From: an uncultured Nitrospiraceae bacterium | Lineage (GTDB): Bacteria; Nitrospirota; Thermodesulfovibrionia; Thermodesulfovibrionales; Dissulfurispiraceae | NCBI GenBank assembly: GCA_963727805.1 | Contig: CAVSHF010000003.1 | Location: 1,568,001 to 1,632,000 of the forward strand | DNA length: 64,000 nucleotides | Direction: 5' to 3' | Part shown: one piece after another, positions 22,913-32,925 of the stretch | How the letters are laid out: every line of letters starts with the position of its first letter | How positions within the stretch are numbered: position 1 is the first letter of the stretch | The notes under the pieces: model-generated | The model's database searches: none | What the model was told of the DNA's origin: nothing | Seen by the model: the letters and a program-made list of their open reading frames with translations, nothing else | Made by a program: the position numbers and the translations under genes

Positions 22913-23706
22913 AGCAATGACCTCTTTGCCAGAAGTTCCTGCACATGCTTTGGCTTGTTAATGCTTATGGCAGTCAAGAACGAGACATCATTGGGATATC
23001 CTCTTTTACTATGACTCAGAACACCGCTCTTGACCCTGACGCCATAAGACGGGGAATACCAGCCAAACAATGGATGCTCACACCCGGAAAAATAATTGAA
23101 ACTTGAATCTTCGAGAAGCCGGAGATATACCTGCGCATCCTTATGGTCTATCAACCACGATCCATCTGCTTGTTCCGCAGTCATTGCATGTGGGTGCAGA
23201 TGATAATTCAGCTCAAAATCGTGCAGGCCGTTTCCGTCAAAACTGTCCCGTATTAAGAAAAGGTCCCCCTCGGAAAAAAAGATTTTCCGGATATGTTTGA
23301 CGGGATCTCTCAGACGCCCATATCCGTTATGGGAACCCTCCAATACAAGACCTTCATCCAATCTGGTAGCCCCCGAAAGGCAGGCTGTGTAGGGGCAGCG
23401 CCAAATAACTTCCGTTTCCTGCACCGCCTGATCCTCTTTGTCTATGTTTACCGTATTGTGTGCCCGCGTGCCCTTGAAATATCTTCTGAACTCGGACACA
23501 CCATTATAACGGTAGGTTCCCGGGTCCGCGAGCAGCAAGTTGCCGTTTACAGAAAGTGTTACCGACAGCGCATCGGCGTGTCCGTGATTGTAAAGGGGTG
23601 ACATGCCCAACGGGCCGTGATCAAACGTAAAAAGGATCTCTGGGCTCCTGATGACAGTATATCCAGCCTCCGGAAAGCTTTTATACATGATGGCACCAAG
23701 TTTCAT
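22909..23706 (-). CDS. Heparinase II/III-like protein, C-terminal half
   Basis: HGHADALS, DPGTYRY, AHNTV motifs; probably one gene with 23681..24718. Confidence 0.8.
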   Translation of the reverse strand: MKLGAIMYKSFPEAGYTVIRSPEILFTFDHGPLGMSPLYNHGHADALSVTLSVNGNLLLADPGTYRYNGVSEFRRYFKGTRAHNTVNIDKEDQAVQETEVIWRCPYTACLSGATRLDEGLVLEGSHNGYGRLRDPVKHIRKIFFSEGDLFLIRDSFDGNGLHDFELNYHLHPHAMTAEQADGSWLIDHKDAQVYLRLLEDSSFNYFSGCEHPLFGWYSPSYGVRVKSGVLSHSKRGYPNDVSFLTAISINKPKHVQELLAKRSLL

Positions 23707-24718
23707 AATACATACGCGGATGAATACCTGGAGCTACGGCCATGCCGTCATCGCTGTCGCCGATGGCTGGTAATTGGCCACGGTCGTCACGGAAAGCCTC
23801 CAGGAATTGCTCTCCAAGAATAAGGCGCGGTATAAAATCTTTACATTCGTAGATCCCGTTCTTTTTTAGGAACCCGACAGCCAGCCAGTACAGATCAAGC
23901 ACGAACCGGTGATACGTCAATGACTGTTCTGCCGGACCTCCGTCATTGAGGATTTGGTGAGGGAGTTCATCGGACAACAACTTAAGTCCCCTGCTTATCC
24001 AGTTACGGCCGGCGGACACAGAACGAAAGATGCTTCCAGCAAAGATAAGGCCTATGCATTCACAAATAGTGTGGTTACCCAATGACGAGTAAAGGGACAA
24101 GCGGTTTGCAACCAACCAGGCATGCCTGTAAAGCGTTTCGAGAATCTCCAGGCGCTGCTCGGCTGCCAGGTCATTAAGGATTTTCAAGGCATAAAAAAAT
24201 ACAGGAATCCTCAAGCCGCATTCCATCGCTGACATGTAGTGCGGACCTGACAAAAACGGATTGTTTCGCACCCACTGAAAAAGCGTCTTTTGGGCTGCAC
24301 CTCGTGCGCTCTTTGAAGCAGGGCAGAAAAGCATTGCCGTGACATGCTGAAGCCTCGCCGGCTCCCAAACAGTCCGGATATCCGGAGATAAAGAGCTGCA
24401 TCTGATGTCGCCAAAATATTTTCCACGCGTCTCCTTTTCAAAATGATCGATGGCCTCTCTATCTCCTCCAATTGTAAAAACATCTCCAGCGAAAAGCTTT
24501 TGCAGCACACTGTCATCTATGTAGAAAGAAAAATCCGGCAATTGAAGCCGCTCAATTTCCCGCGCATCGATTCTCGGCACATCGATTAAATGTTTGTTGG
24601 CAAAAGCACGCCTCATTTGTGCAATGAGTATACTTTGACGCACCCTGTATGCAACTTCGCAAACAGACGCCCTGCGTATGCGCAACAAATAAGATTTCAG
24701 ATTCCTACCTGGTAACAT
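23681..24718 (-). CDS. Heparinase II/III-like protein, N-terminal half
   Basis: DIRTVWEPARLQH, GNHTICE, DGGPAEQSLTYH, IGDSDDG. Confidence 0.8.
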   Translation of the reverse strand: MLPGRNLKSYLLRIRRASVCEVAYRVRQSILIAQMRRAFANKHLIDVPRIDAREIERLQLPDFSFYIDDSVLQKLFAGDVFTIGGDREAIDHFEKETRGKYFGDIRCSSLSPDIRTVWEPARLQHVTAMLFCPASKSARGAAQKTLFQWVRNNPFLSGPHYMSAMECGLRIPVFFYALKILNDLAAEQRLEILETLYRHAWLVANRLSLYSSLGNHTICECIGLIFAGSIFRSVSAGRNWISRGLKLLSDELPHQILNDGGPAEQSLTYHRFVLDLYWLAVGFLKKNGIYECKDFIPRLILGEQFLEAFRDDRGQLPAIGDSDDGMAVAPGIHPRMYYETWCHHV

Positions 24719-24722
24719 CTGT

Positions 24723-26930
24723 TCAGATGACTACAGTTTCAGATTGAATAATACGGTCTGTCGAGAACGTCGATGAAGGTTGTAATAGCACTATACTTTT
24801 CCCAGTTCGAAGTGATTCTAATACGGCAAAGGTGACTCGTGAGGTGCTGTGCAATTCCACAAACGGGATAAGCTCCGATTTCCCGCTCATGACGACATCA
24901 ATGAAAAGACGGATTTCATTATTCTGCCCTTTGTCCTGGGACAACAGCTTCCTCTCTTTTTTCTTCCCTCGTGCATAAATGGAAAGTGTCCGAAAATCGT
25001 CGAGGACTGAGGTCGTTCCATTGGAGAAGACTTCAACCCGCTCTTTAGGCATACTTTTGTCCCCATTGGCAAAATAGGAAATCGTGCCGATCGAACCATT
25101 TTCATAGGTTAGGGTTATCACAAGTGTGTCATCCAGATTGCCTGCTGCCCTCATCGAAGCGGCATACACGGATACCGGCAAAGACCCGTTAAGATATGTA
25201 AGGAAATCGACAAAATGACATACCTCACCGATTATCCGGCCGCCTCCCGTTTGCATATCCTGTATCCATGAATCGGCCGGTATGGCGCCGGCATTGACCC
25301 GGTAGAGGATTGACATGGGGGACATACCAAGCTCCCGCTTCAGCACCACGGCGAGCGGAGCAAAACGCCTGTTGAATCCGACGACGAGCAGTGATGGGGT
25401 GTTTGCGGATGTATAAACGTCCGTGATTTCATGCAGTTCATCTTCGGTCAGGCATAGGGGCTTCTCTACAAAAACATGCTTGCCCTCCTTCAGGGCCTTC
25501 ACCACAAACCCCGCGTGTGAATCGTGTCTGGAAGCCACAAAGACTGTACTTATCTCAGGGTTTTCCAGGATATCCAGAGCATTCGTTGAACACATTTCAA
25601 AACCGAATCGGTCCCCTACCGATCTTGCCGTGACGCCAGTGGTCGTCACTACACCCTTAAGTGAAATACGCGGGTCTTTCGGTATGTTGGGCAGCAGGTG
25701 GCTTTGTGCGTAGGAGCCCGCACCGATAAAACCAATGCCAATCGAGACCGGTGCATTGCGGTCAGTCCGCGGTTTCAGTGTGATCTTTGCCCGGCTAAAA
25801 TCGCTACCCTTATCATATTCGATAAGCATGCCTATATAGAATTCTGACTTGGACATCATCATTTCATAAGCATTGGCTGCTAAATCCAATTTAAACATAT
25901 GGGTGGTCAGGTACCCGACATCTATCTTTTTTGAATATATCAATTCCTGGAAGGCTTCCATGTTGCGCTGTTCCGTCCATCGTACATAAGCCGCAGGATA
26001 ATCAATTCCTTTGTCCTCATACTGCGGATCATAGCGCCCCGGACCGTACGAGCATGACATTTTTACCTGCAACTCTTTCCTGTAAAAGTATGGATCGCGA
26101 TCAAATCCTGTGGGCACTGCGCCGACGATGACAATCGTACCTCTTTTTCGCACGATTGCGCCTGCGAAGTTTATAGGGTCGAGGGTATTTGAGGCAGCCG
26201 TTATGATTACAGAGTCGCATCCAATCCCTCTGGTGAACTGGGATATTGTATTTTCAATGCCTTCAGTATTTCTAAGCAAGGCAAGATCTGCACAGTTTCT
26301 TTCAGCGATTTCTACCATTACGGGATCGATATCGATGCCGATGACCCTGACGCCCGCTGCCCGCAAAAGCAGCGATGAAAGTTGTCCCAGGAGTCCAAGT
26401 CCGACAACTGCACAAGTTTCCCCGAGCCTGATGTCGGCCTGTCTTACCCCTTGAATGGCAATCGCCCCCAGTGTATTGTATACCGCCTGCTTGAGATCAG
26501 TTCCATGATTCAGCTTGACGCTCAGGTTAACCGGTACACTCACGATCTCGGCATGTGCGGCGCTGAGGCCGCCGCATGCAACCATATCTCCCGGCACCAA
26601 ACCACTTACATCGGCAGCAACTTCTATGACCTCGCCCGCGCACGAATACCCTAAAGGAGAGTAAGCATCCAATTTCTTCATAACAGCGCGGTAGGTTTGG
26701 ACTGGTCCCTGCGTTTTGAGTGTATCAAGGACCTGTTTGACTTGCTGGGGGCGTTCCTTCGCTTTGCCAATAAGACTCTTTCTCGCTGCCTGCACAGTAC
26801 TGCCTTCGGTTCCGGCACTGATCAGAGAATAGTGGTTCCTGACCATTATATGCCCTTTTGACAAAACTGGTACTGGCACTTCCAATATTTCCATTTTCCC
26901 GTCCATTAACCGTTGCGTCAGCTGATTCAT
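24723..26930 (-). CDS. Bi-domain oxidoreductase (MDR-type dehydrogenase + Gfo/Idh/MocA)
   Basis: SLISAGTE, PLGYSCAG, SCSYGPGRYD, VFVEKP, GFNRRF, GEVCHF. Confidence 0.92.
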   Translation of the reverse strand: MNQLTQRLMDGKMEILEVPVPVLSKGHIMVRNHYSLISAGTEGSTVQAARKSLIGKAKERPQQVKQVLDTLKTQGPVQTYRAVMKKLDAYSPLGYSCAGEVIEVAADVSGLVPGDMVACGGLSAAHAEIVSVPVNLSVKLNHGTDLKQAVYNTLGAIAIQGVRQADIRLGETCAVVGLGLLGQLSSLLLRAAGVRVIGIDIDPVMVEIAERNCADLALLRNTEGIENTISQFTRGIGCDSVIITAASNTLDPINFAGAIVRKRGTIVIVGAVPTGFDRDPYFYRKELQVKMSCSYGPGRYDPQYEDKGIDYPAAYVRWTEQRNMEAFQELIYSKKIDVGYLTTHMFKLDLAANAYEMMMSKSEFYIGMLIEYDKGSDFSRAKITLKPRTDRNAPVSIGIGFIGAGSYAQSHLLPNIPKDPRISLKGVVTTTGVTARSVGDRFGFEMCSTNALDILENPEISTVFVASRHDSHAGFVVKALKEGKHVFVEKPLCLTEDELHEITDVYTSANTPSLLVVGFNRRFAPLAVVLKRELGMSPMSILYRVNAGAIPADSWIQDMQTGGGRIIGEVCHFVDFLTYLNGSLPVSVYAASMRAAGNLDDTLVITLTYENGSIGTISYFANGDKSMPKERVEVFSNGTTSVLDDFRTLSIYARGKKKERKLLSQDKGQNNEIRLFIDVVMSGKSELIPFVELHSTSRVTFAVLESLRTGKSIVLLQPSSTFSTDRIIQSETVVI

Positions 26931-26944
26931 AAGCGGCTCCCTGA

Positions 26945-27622
26945 TTAATCCTTCCCTGAAAAAAAGGAATACAAATAAAACCAGACTATCTTTGCAAATT
27001 CCAGCATCATCGGACGTATGTCCGCCCTGTCTATATGCCCCATATCAGTCATTCCGGGTTCATAGCTCGTCGGAACGTACGAAATATAGCGGGCTTGCTC
27101 GCCAAAGGTTCTCTCGCAAATCATTTTGATCCGCTTCATATGATATGGAGAACTGACCATAATGGCGGATTTCAATTTTAGGGCGTTAATCATTTTTTCA
27201 GCATATAAGACTTCAAGGTGTGTTTTTTCATAGTACCTGGGATACCCCTCCGCGCCACTTGAGGATGTATTTTTAATGACATCAGAGAGTTGAGGAGAGA
27301 TGCCCCCGGTTGAAATAACCTGCTGCAGGCCAGGCATAATGAGGAACCTGGCGTAGCCTTCATTAAAAAGAAAATAGGCCTCTTTTTCCCTGGCTGCTGG
27401 GTTGGGACCTAAAAAAAGAATGATTGCATCAGACTTAACCGGTTTGTCGGCACAAGCAAGGAAGCGGGGGACATAATACACACCAGTCATCATCAGAAGT
27501 AGGACTAAAGCAAATAGTACGGCCATCGACTTATTTCTTACATCCATATGCCATTGTTCAGTCTTGTCTGAAGCAGCCAGAGAGACCGAGTTCTTGTTTT
27601 GCAGCACACTCACGTTAGTCAC
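26945..27622 (-). CDS. YdcF/DUF218-family protein
   Basis: N-terminal TM, KSDAIILFLG, VSSPYHMKR, EFAK. Confidence 0.8.
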   Translation of the reverse strand: MTNVSVLQNKNSVSLAASDKTEQWHMDVRNKSMAVLFALVLLLMMTGVYYVPRFLACADKPVKSDAIILFLGPNPAAREKEAYFLFNEGYARFLIMPGLQQVISTGGISPQLSDVIKNTSSSGAEGYPRYYEKTHLEVLYAEKMINALKLKSAIMVSSPYHMKRIKMICERTFGEQARYISYVPTSYEPGMTDMGHIDRADIRPMMLEFAKIVWFYLYSFFSGKD

Positions 27623-27657
27623 ATCCCTTTCCTATACCGATGATTTGAGACCTCCAA

Positions 27658-27802
27658 CTATTCGACCGTCACTGATTTGGCCAGATTGTGCGGCTGGTCC
27701 ATGTCACTCCCTTTAAGGACCGCGATATTCCAGCTTCTCCAGACCGCCAAAGATTATCGGTGATGCCTCTCGCTGTCTTATATAGCCTGCGATGCCACAC
27801 AT
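27658..27802 (-). pseudogene. glmS: glmS relic: first ~28 and last ~21 codons joined by an internal deletion
   Basis: AAAGGAG RBS, then MCGIAGYIRQREASPIIFGGLEKLEYRG; overlapping frame AVLKGSDMDQPHNLAKSVTVE* matches the GlmS C-terminus. Confidence 0.88.
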
Positions 27803-28010
27803 AGTGCGTTCTCCTTTGATTATTGCCGGATCCCGCTCCAGCGTGAAAGACAGGTATTGTAAGAGTAATGGTGACTTAAAAAGGTTATAGCTCCGCTCTC
27901 TGAGCTACATGGTCCCTTTTCTTATGAACGACCTATGTAATTCACCAGTTACTCCGGTATGATTTGACTTGCTTCAGGCTTCGATATGACCCGGGCGGAA
28001 GCGGTCGGTA

Positions 28011-29018
28011 CTACTTAGCCGCTTTGATCTCTTCGTTCAGCAGGATTTCCACTGCGGCTTTTTCCCGGAGCTTTTTGGCCTGGACGTCTGCTGCCTGCCT
28101 TGCTTGTTCCTGCATCAAGTACTGCCGTATACGCTCTTTGACACTTTCATATGCCAGAATACTCGCCGGCTTTATATCGACCACTTTGAACAAATGATAC
28201 CCATAGTCCGTCTCAACAATCCCACTTATCTCTCCTGATTTCAAACTCAAGACTACACTTTCCAGTTGCTTGTCTAGTTGTCCCGATTTAATATATCCCA
28301 AGTCACCGCCGTTAGTTCTGGTGGGTCCATCAGATCGCTCCCGGGCGAGGGCAGCGAAATCCTGGCCATTCTTCAGGTCCTTTAAAATCTGTTCAACCTT
28401 CCGATGCGCCTCCTGCTTATGGCTTGCATCTGATTTGGGATCTAACTGAACAAGAATGTGGCTGGCCCTAACCTCTAACGGGTGTTTAAAAAGGTCTACA
28501 TGCCCCTCATAATAAGAAACCATATCATTGTCCGTAACAGCCGTCTTTGAAGCAAATTGCCTCTCAATGTACTGCTGCACTGAACTATTCTTTTCCAATC
28601 GGGAGCGCAAGATCTCCTCGGAGATATTCCTCCTTTTCAGATCATTTGTATATTCCGACTCGCTCGCAAACTGTTGCTTTAACGCTTTAATCTCCTGTTC
28701 CACAGCTTTTTCATCGGGCTTAATCCCCGATTTGCGGCTTTCCTGATACAGGAGCTCAACGCGCACCATACTTTCTAGCACTTCATTCTGAATAGACGTT
28801 ACCTGCCTACATGACAGTGGCTTCCCCAACCCCAGGAGTTTCGTCTGTATCATCAGCACATTTCCTTCGAATTCTCCACGGGTAATTGGCGTTCCGTTTA
28901 CTATTGCAACCTTGTCAGACGCCTCGGTTTGCTTCACTTCGCCCTGGACCGGTATTACCATGACCATAAGGCAGACAACCATTATCAAAAAATATAGAGA
29001 CAAAACTTTACCCATCAT
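28011..29018 (-). CDS. SurA/PrsA-like parvulin peptidyl-prolyl isomerase
   Basis: VAIVNGTPIT, VRASHIL, FAALARERSD, GGDLG, ETDYGYHLFK. Confidence 0.92.
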   Translation of the reverse strand: MMGKVLSLYFLIMVVCLMVMVIPVQGEVKQTEASDKVAIVNGTPITRGEFEGNVLMIQTKLLGLGKPLSCRQVTSIQNEVLESMVRVELLYQESRKSGIKPDEKAVEQEIKALKQQFASESEYTNDLKRRNISEEILRSRLEKNSSVQQYIERQFASKTAVTDNDMVSYYEGHVDLFKHPLEVRASHILVQLDPKSDASHKQEAHRKVEQILKDLKNGQDFAALARERSDGPTRTNGGDLGYIKSGQLDKQLESVVLSLKSGEISGIVETDYGYHLFKVVDIKPASILAYESVKERIRQYLMQEQARQAADVQAKKLREKAAVEILLNEEIKAAK

Positions 29019-29020
29019 TA

Positions 29021-29719
29021 TTATTTCCTCACACTATTTTTCTTAATTTTCTGTTGATCGATTTCGTCCTGGTATTGGTCGGTAAGCTTTTCCAGCTCAA
29101 CCTTCTTGATTTGTGTCAGGGGTTCATTTTGCAAAAGCATTGTCCCTAGTCCCTTCTTTCGGTATTTTGTCAGAAGTTCATCCGAAATGATGATCAGCTT
29201 CGCATTATTTGACGTGCACTGGCCGAGATCCTTGGTCGTCTGTTGCTGCTGCACCTGAAGTGTCTGTTTCTCTCCAGTTACTTTCTTCAGTGAACTGTCC
29301 AGCTCCTTGTTGTTTTGGACAGCTTGTGAATATTTACTTTCCTTCTCCTGAAACTCCTTCTTCAAACGAGCATCTTCCTTGTCAGCTTCCGCTATTTTTT
29401 TATCTAGTTTCTCCACCGTCGCCTTGAATTTACCCACCTGCCCTCCAAGGGCAATCTTCTCTTTCTGGAGCTTATCCAAGTCGCTTTGGTACTGCTGCTC
29501 CATAGACGCTACGGTCTGGTTCTTTTCCTCGGCCATCTTCTTCTGTATAAAAGCGATTTTCTTATTAGCCTCTGCAATTTTGCCCTGGAAAATCTTCTGT
29601 TCCTTCTGAACTTGAAAATAGCAGATCCCCAATCCAATGATCAGGCCTATCGCCAGCGCAACTGCCGGAACTATAATTTTCTGTATTTGAGGAAGCTTAA
29701 TCATCAGCCCTTCTAGCAC
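29021..29719 (-). CDS. Membrane-anchored coiled-coil protein
   Basis: N-terminal TM, K/E/Q-rich heptads, in operon between the porin and the PPIase. Confidence 0.75.
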   Translation of the reverse strand: MLEGLMIKLPQIQKIIVPAVALAIGLIIGLGICYFQVQKEQKIFQGKIAEANKKIAFIQKKMAEEKNQTVASMEQQYQSDLDKLQKEKIALGGQVGKFKATVEKLDKKIAEADKEDARLKKEFQEKESKYSQAVQNNKELDSSLKKVTGEKQTLQVQQQQTTKDLGQCTSNNAKLIIISDELLTKYRKKGLGTMLLQNEPLTQIKKVELEKLTDQYQDEIDQQKIKKNSVRK

Positions 29720-31498
29720 CTAAAATCTTGCATTAATATCCAATTGGAGCACATCAATTGCAAGCGGGGGCCCGGCAATCTGGTCCGCAGTCAGCCATCG
29801 GAGTCTCAGCCAGGTGTTCTTTGCCACCCCGAATTGTCCCCCAAGAACCCAGCCCTTAGCATTGGTTCCACCGAGATGGAAATCGGTATCAGTAAACGCA
29901 TCAACGACAGCGTCACCCCCCAAGTACTTATAGTTAAGGCTGGCATTCCACTGGCCGAACTTCTCAATTAGAGGATATCCGACAGTTAAGCCGATTTGAT
30001 AACCAACTGTCTTGTCCGGAACACCAGAGCCTGCTAGCTGCGCAATTGCAGCATTATTAAACCCAAGGTTTTTCACATAGTCTCCCATGAGGACGATATG
30101 AACCGGGTCCCAAAAACCGACATCAATATCTCCATTAATGTTCAACTCCTTGAACTGCGAAGCAAGACCCACACTTAAACTGTTGTTCGGATCAATAAAG
30201 AACAGTGTATTCCCAGTCTGCTGATACAGAGGGGCCGACCAATTTGTTGTCCCGGCCACATCGGTAGTATTGGGGACTCCGATAATGTTGCTGAAATAGT
30301 AGTAGGCTGCGGCGATCGTGCCGCCAATGCCTTTCCGGTTTTTTTGCTCCAGTCCGAGCTGTCCCGCTAATAGCCATTTGTCATGCTGGGTGAAATCATT
30401 CTGCTGCAGTGGAAACGCGCCGACGGTAAGGAAAGGCGTCAATGAGTCGGAAATCGGTTTCCTTAATTTGACGGCAAGTCCCTCGAAGTTCAAATCTGGA
30501 GCCCAGACTAGATCTGATGAATAAAAGAGGTTCGGTATCCGTCCGCCGTACACAGAAAGAGACTCATCCGGATGCCATCTGAGATATGCAAGGTCGAATA
30601 AAACATTGTCCTTATTCAGGTAAGTACCCATTATATCATTTGTCGAAACAGGTGTTGACGTATTTCCGGTGGAGAGACGAACAACTGCTTCAAGCTGATC
30701 GTTGATATCTACTCCAACGCCAACGCGGACTCGGTACTTGAAACGGTCCGTGTTATTCGTAGTGTTTCTGAGATTTTGGGTGACAGCGCCTTGACTGATT
30801 GACGGCATCTCACTGTCGTTATTCTTATCAAAAAGATCTTTCTCATAGCGCAGGCGAACATCGCCGCCAAAGCGTATCCGTTTGGCCCACTCAGGAGCAG
30901 CCGCAGCAAGTCCTGCTTTCTGTACTTCTATGGGCAACTCTTCATGGACCTGTTGTTCCACCTGATTATGAACACCCTGCTTTATTTTCTCAGTGACATC
31001 TACAGCGATCTGCTCGACCTGTTCCCTGTTATTTACATCCGGAGTAATAACATAGTCTCTTCCTCCACTCGTCCTACTCCCTTGTTGCTTTGTGAACTGT
31101 GCAGCTTCATCCGCACCAATAATTTTTTTACTTTCGAGCAAAGCCACAAGAGCTGCGAAATCCTCAGACGTAGAGACAGCTCCATTCTGTCCGCTGGCAC
31201 GAGCCAATGATCGATCAGAAAAACGTGCAGCCTCATCTGCACTGATGACATTCTTTCTCTTCAAGATATCAACTAAGGCAGCGATATCCGGACCGGACGG
31301 TATTTGCCTGTTATCGGGGCCCAGCCTTGACATGTCTGCATTACGTGCAGGGATTGAATCTTGCTTGCCCGTCGTCAAACCCGGCATGCTTGCACACCCG
31401 AACAAACTTATAAGTAAGAACGCTAGAATCCCCGTAGAGACATATCTTTTTGTGCCCGTCAATAATGCTATTTTTATTCTGTCGTCACCTAGATTCAT
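29720..31498 (-). CDS. Putative outer-membrane porin (Porin_5-like) with lipoprotein-like N-terminus
   Basis: LFGC lipobox; IRFGGDVRLRYE, DTDFHLGGTNAKG; C-terminal LQLDINARF. Confidence 0.8.
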   Translation of the reverse strand: MNLGDDRIKIALLTGTKRYVSTGILAFLLISLFGCASMPGLTTGKQDSIPARNADMSRLGPDNRQIPSGPDIAALVDILKRKNVISADEAARFSDRSLARASGQNGAVSTSEDFAALVALLESKKIIGADEAAQFTKQQGSRTSGGRDYVITPDVNNREQVEQIAVDVTEKIKQGVHNQVEQQVHEELPIEVQKAGLAAAAPEWAKRIRFGGDVRLRYEKDLFDKNNDSEMPSISQGAVTQNLRNTTNNTDRFKYRVRVGVGVDINDQLEAVVRLSTGNTSTPVSTNDIMGTYLNKDNVLFDLAYLRWHPDESLSVYGGRIPNLFYSSDLVWAPDLNFEGLAVKLRKPISDSLTPFLTVGAFPLQQNDFTQHDKWLLAGQLGLEQKNRKGIGGTIAAAYYYFSNIIGVPNTTDVAGTTNWSAPLYQQTGNTLFFIDPNNSLSVGLASQFKELNINGDIDVGFWDPVHIVLMGDYVKNLGFNNAAIAQLAGSGVPDKTVGYQIGLTVGYPLIEKFGQWNASLNYKYLGGDAVVDAFTDTDFHLGGTNAKGWVLGGQFGVAKNTWLRLRWLTADQIAGPPLAIDVLQLDINARF

Positions 31499-31600
31499 GA
31501 TATACACTTCCAACCTCTTCAGCCCTGGATTATTTGAAAAACAAGTGATGTTGCCGTTGTTGGTTACAAATTATCTTACCATGGCGTTGCTCGATAATTG

Positions 31601-31640
31601 ATTACAAGGGTGTTACAATTTATTTAAAAATTGATGAAAT
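31601..31640 (-). promoter_or_regulatory. Pho-box-like heptamer array upstream of the porin gene
   Basis: ATTTCAT-n4-TTTTAAA-n4-TTGTAAC-n4-TTGTAAT; the nearest -10 (TAAGAT, 31573-31578) is 22 bp away, so this site is weaker than the others. Confidence 0.4.
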
Positions 31641-31798
31641 GAAACTGGAACGCAAAATATATGCTTTATTATGCAATAGGGTAAAATTTCAGGATTAATT
31701 CTTGAGTGTACACCGTTCCGTTATCTGTGTCTGGCGTCTATCGTTGTTAGCTTTACTGCCTTAAACTATGATTGTTTGCAGCCCGCTTCTAAAGCAAA

Positions 31799-32494
31799 TC
31801 AACCCTGTGAGCTAATCTTAATGCTCATAGTCCGCGGCATCCCATCTGGTGGCGGTTCGCTGATTCTAATATTAGAGAGAGACAACTTGACCGCTTCGTC
31901 CAATCTATTGTTGCCAGAAGAGCCTATAATCTTGGAGCCGACTATGGAGCCATTGCTGTCCACACTTATCCTGACTACGGTTTGCAGCTTTCCTTTCGGT
32001 ATCCCGCCCTCCTCATCAAGCTGTTTCATAACCTTTTTCCTGACTTCCATCTCCACCATCTTTGTATACCCCGCGAATTTGCTCAGCAGGGAAAGCCTTC
32101 CCATGCCGTCACCCCCCGCAAGAATGCTCCTACCGCCTTTCTTGCCGGCAAGTCCGAAAGCGTCGCCCCCAGCCTTTCCCTCTGCATCGAGACCAAGTTT
32201 GTCCCCGGCGGGCGTGTTATCATTTTCCGGACCTTTAGGCTGGTCCTGCGGTGCTTCGATAGTCTGTTCAATTTTCTTCTCAACCTGCTTGATCTCCTCC
32301 GGCGGTTTTTCCTTTACCGTAACAGGAGGAGGAGGCTTCAATAAGGTCACAGTGGTGACTGAACTCTTTTTATGCGGTCCGTCTTCGGACAAGACCACCT
32401 TCACGATATAAACCGCGGCCACCACGAACACAATCATCAGTGCAATGAGGCCCCATGATTGGGGAGCAGACTTTTTATTTGCTGTGTCCGCCAT
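31799..32494 (-). CDS. TonB-family energy transducer
   Basis: N-terminal TM, Pro/Lys/Glu linker, SSGNNRLDEAV TonB-C motif. Confidence 0.85.
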   Translation of the reverse strand: MADTANKKSAPQSWGLIALMIVFVVAAVYIVKVVLSEDGPHKKSSVTTVTLLKPPPPVTVKEKPPEEIKQVEKKIEQTIEAPQDQPKGPENDNTPAGDKLGLDAEGKAGGDAFGLAGKKGGRSILAGGDGMGRLSLLSKFAGYTKMVEMEVRKKVMKQLDEEGGIPKGKLQTVVRISVDSNGSIVGSKIIGSSGNNRLDEAVKLSLSNIRISEPPPDGMPRTMSIKISSQG

Positions 32495-32504
32495 GGCCCC
32501 CGTG

Positions 32505-32921
32505 TTATTTGACGAGCTTCTGCGTCACGAGCCCGAGCTGGCTGATCTCAAGCTTCTGCAGGATATCCAGGACCTCTATGACGCTTTTGTACGATATCTT
32601 TTCATCACCCCGGACCACTACCGGGAAATTAGGGTCCGCTGCCTTATACTGCCGGAGCCTGGCCTCAAGTTCTCCCAGGGTCACCGCAAAACTATCCAGG
32701 TAAATTGTCCCCTCGGCGGTAATCGTTATCGCCTTGGTGGTCGGCTTTATCTTACTGACAGCCGCGCTTGCCTTGGGAAGATTGACACTGATCCCTTGTA
32801 CAGACGCCGTCACGACGATCATGAACACCAGCAGGAGGTTCCAAGCAAGGTCTAGCATGGGCACTACATTGATCTGATCGTACACTTCATGGTCGCCATA
32901 GGGATTTTTTCTCTGGCGCAT
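32505..32921 (-). CDS. exbD: Biopolymer transporter ExbD
   Basis: INVVPMLDL..LLLVFMI, VNLPKA, VVVRGD. Confidence 0.9.
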   Translation of the reverse strand: MRQRKNPYGDHEVYDQINVVPMLDLAWNLLLVFMIVVTASVQGISVNLPKASAAVSKIKPTTKAITITAEGTIYLDSFAVTLGELEARLRQYKAADPNFPVVVRGDEKISYKSVIEVLDILQKLEISQLGLVTQKLVK

Positions 32922-32925
32922 AGCT

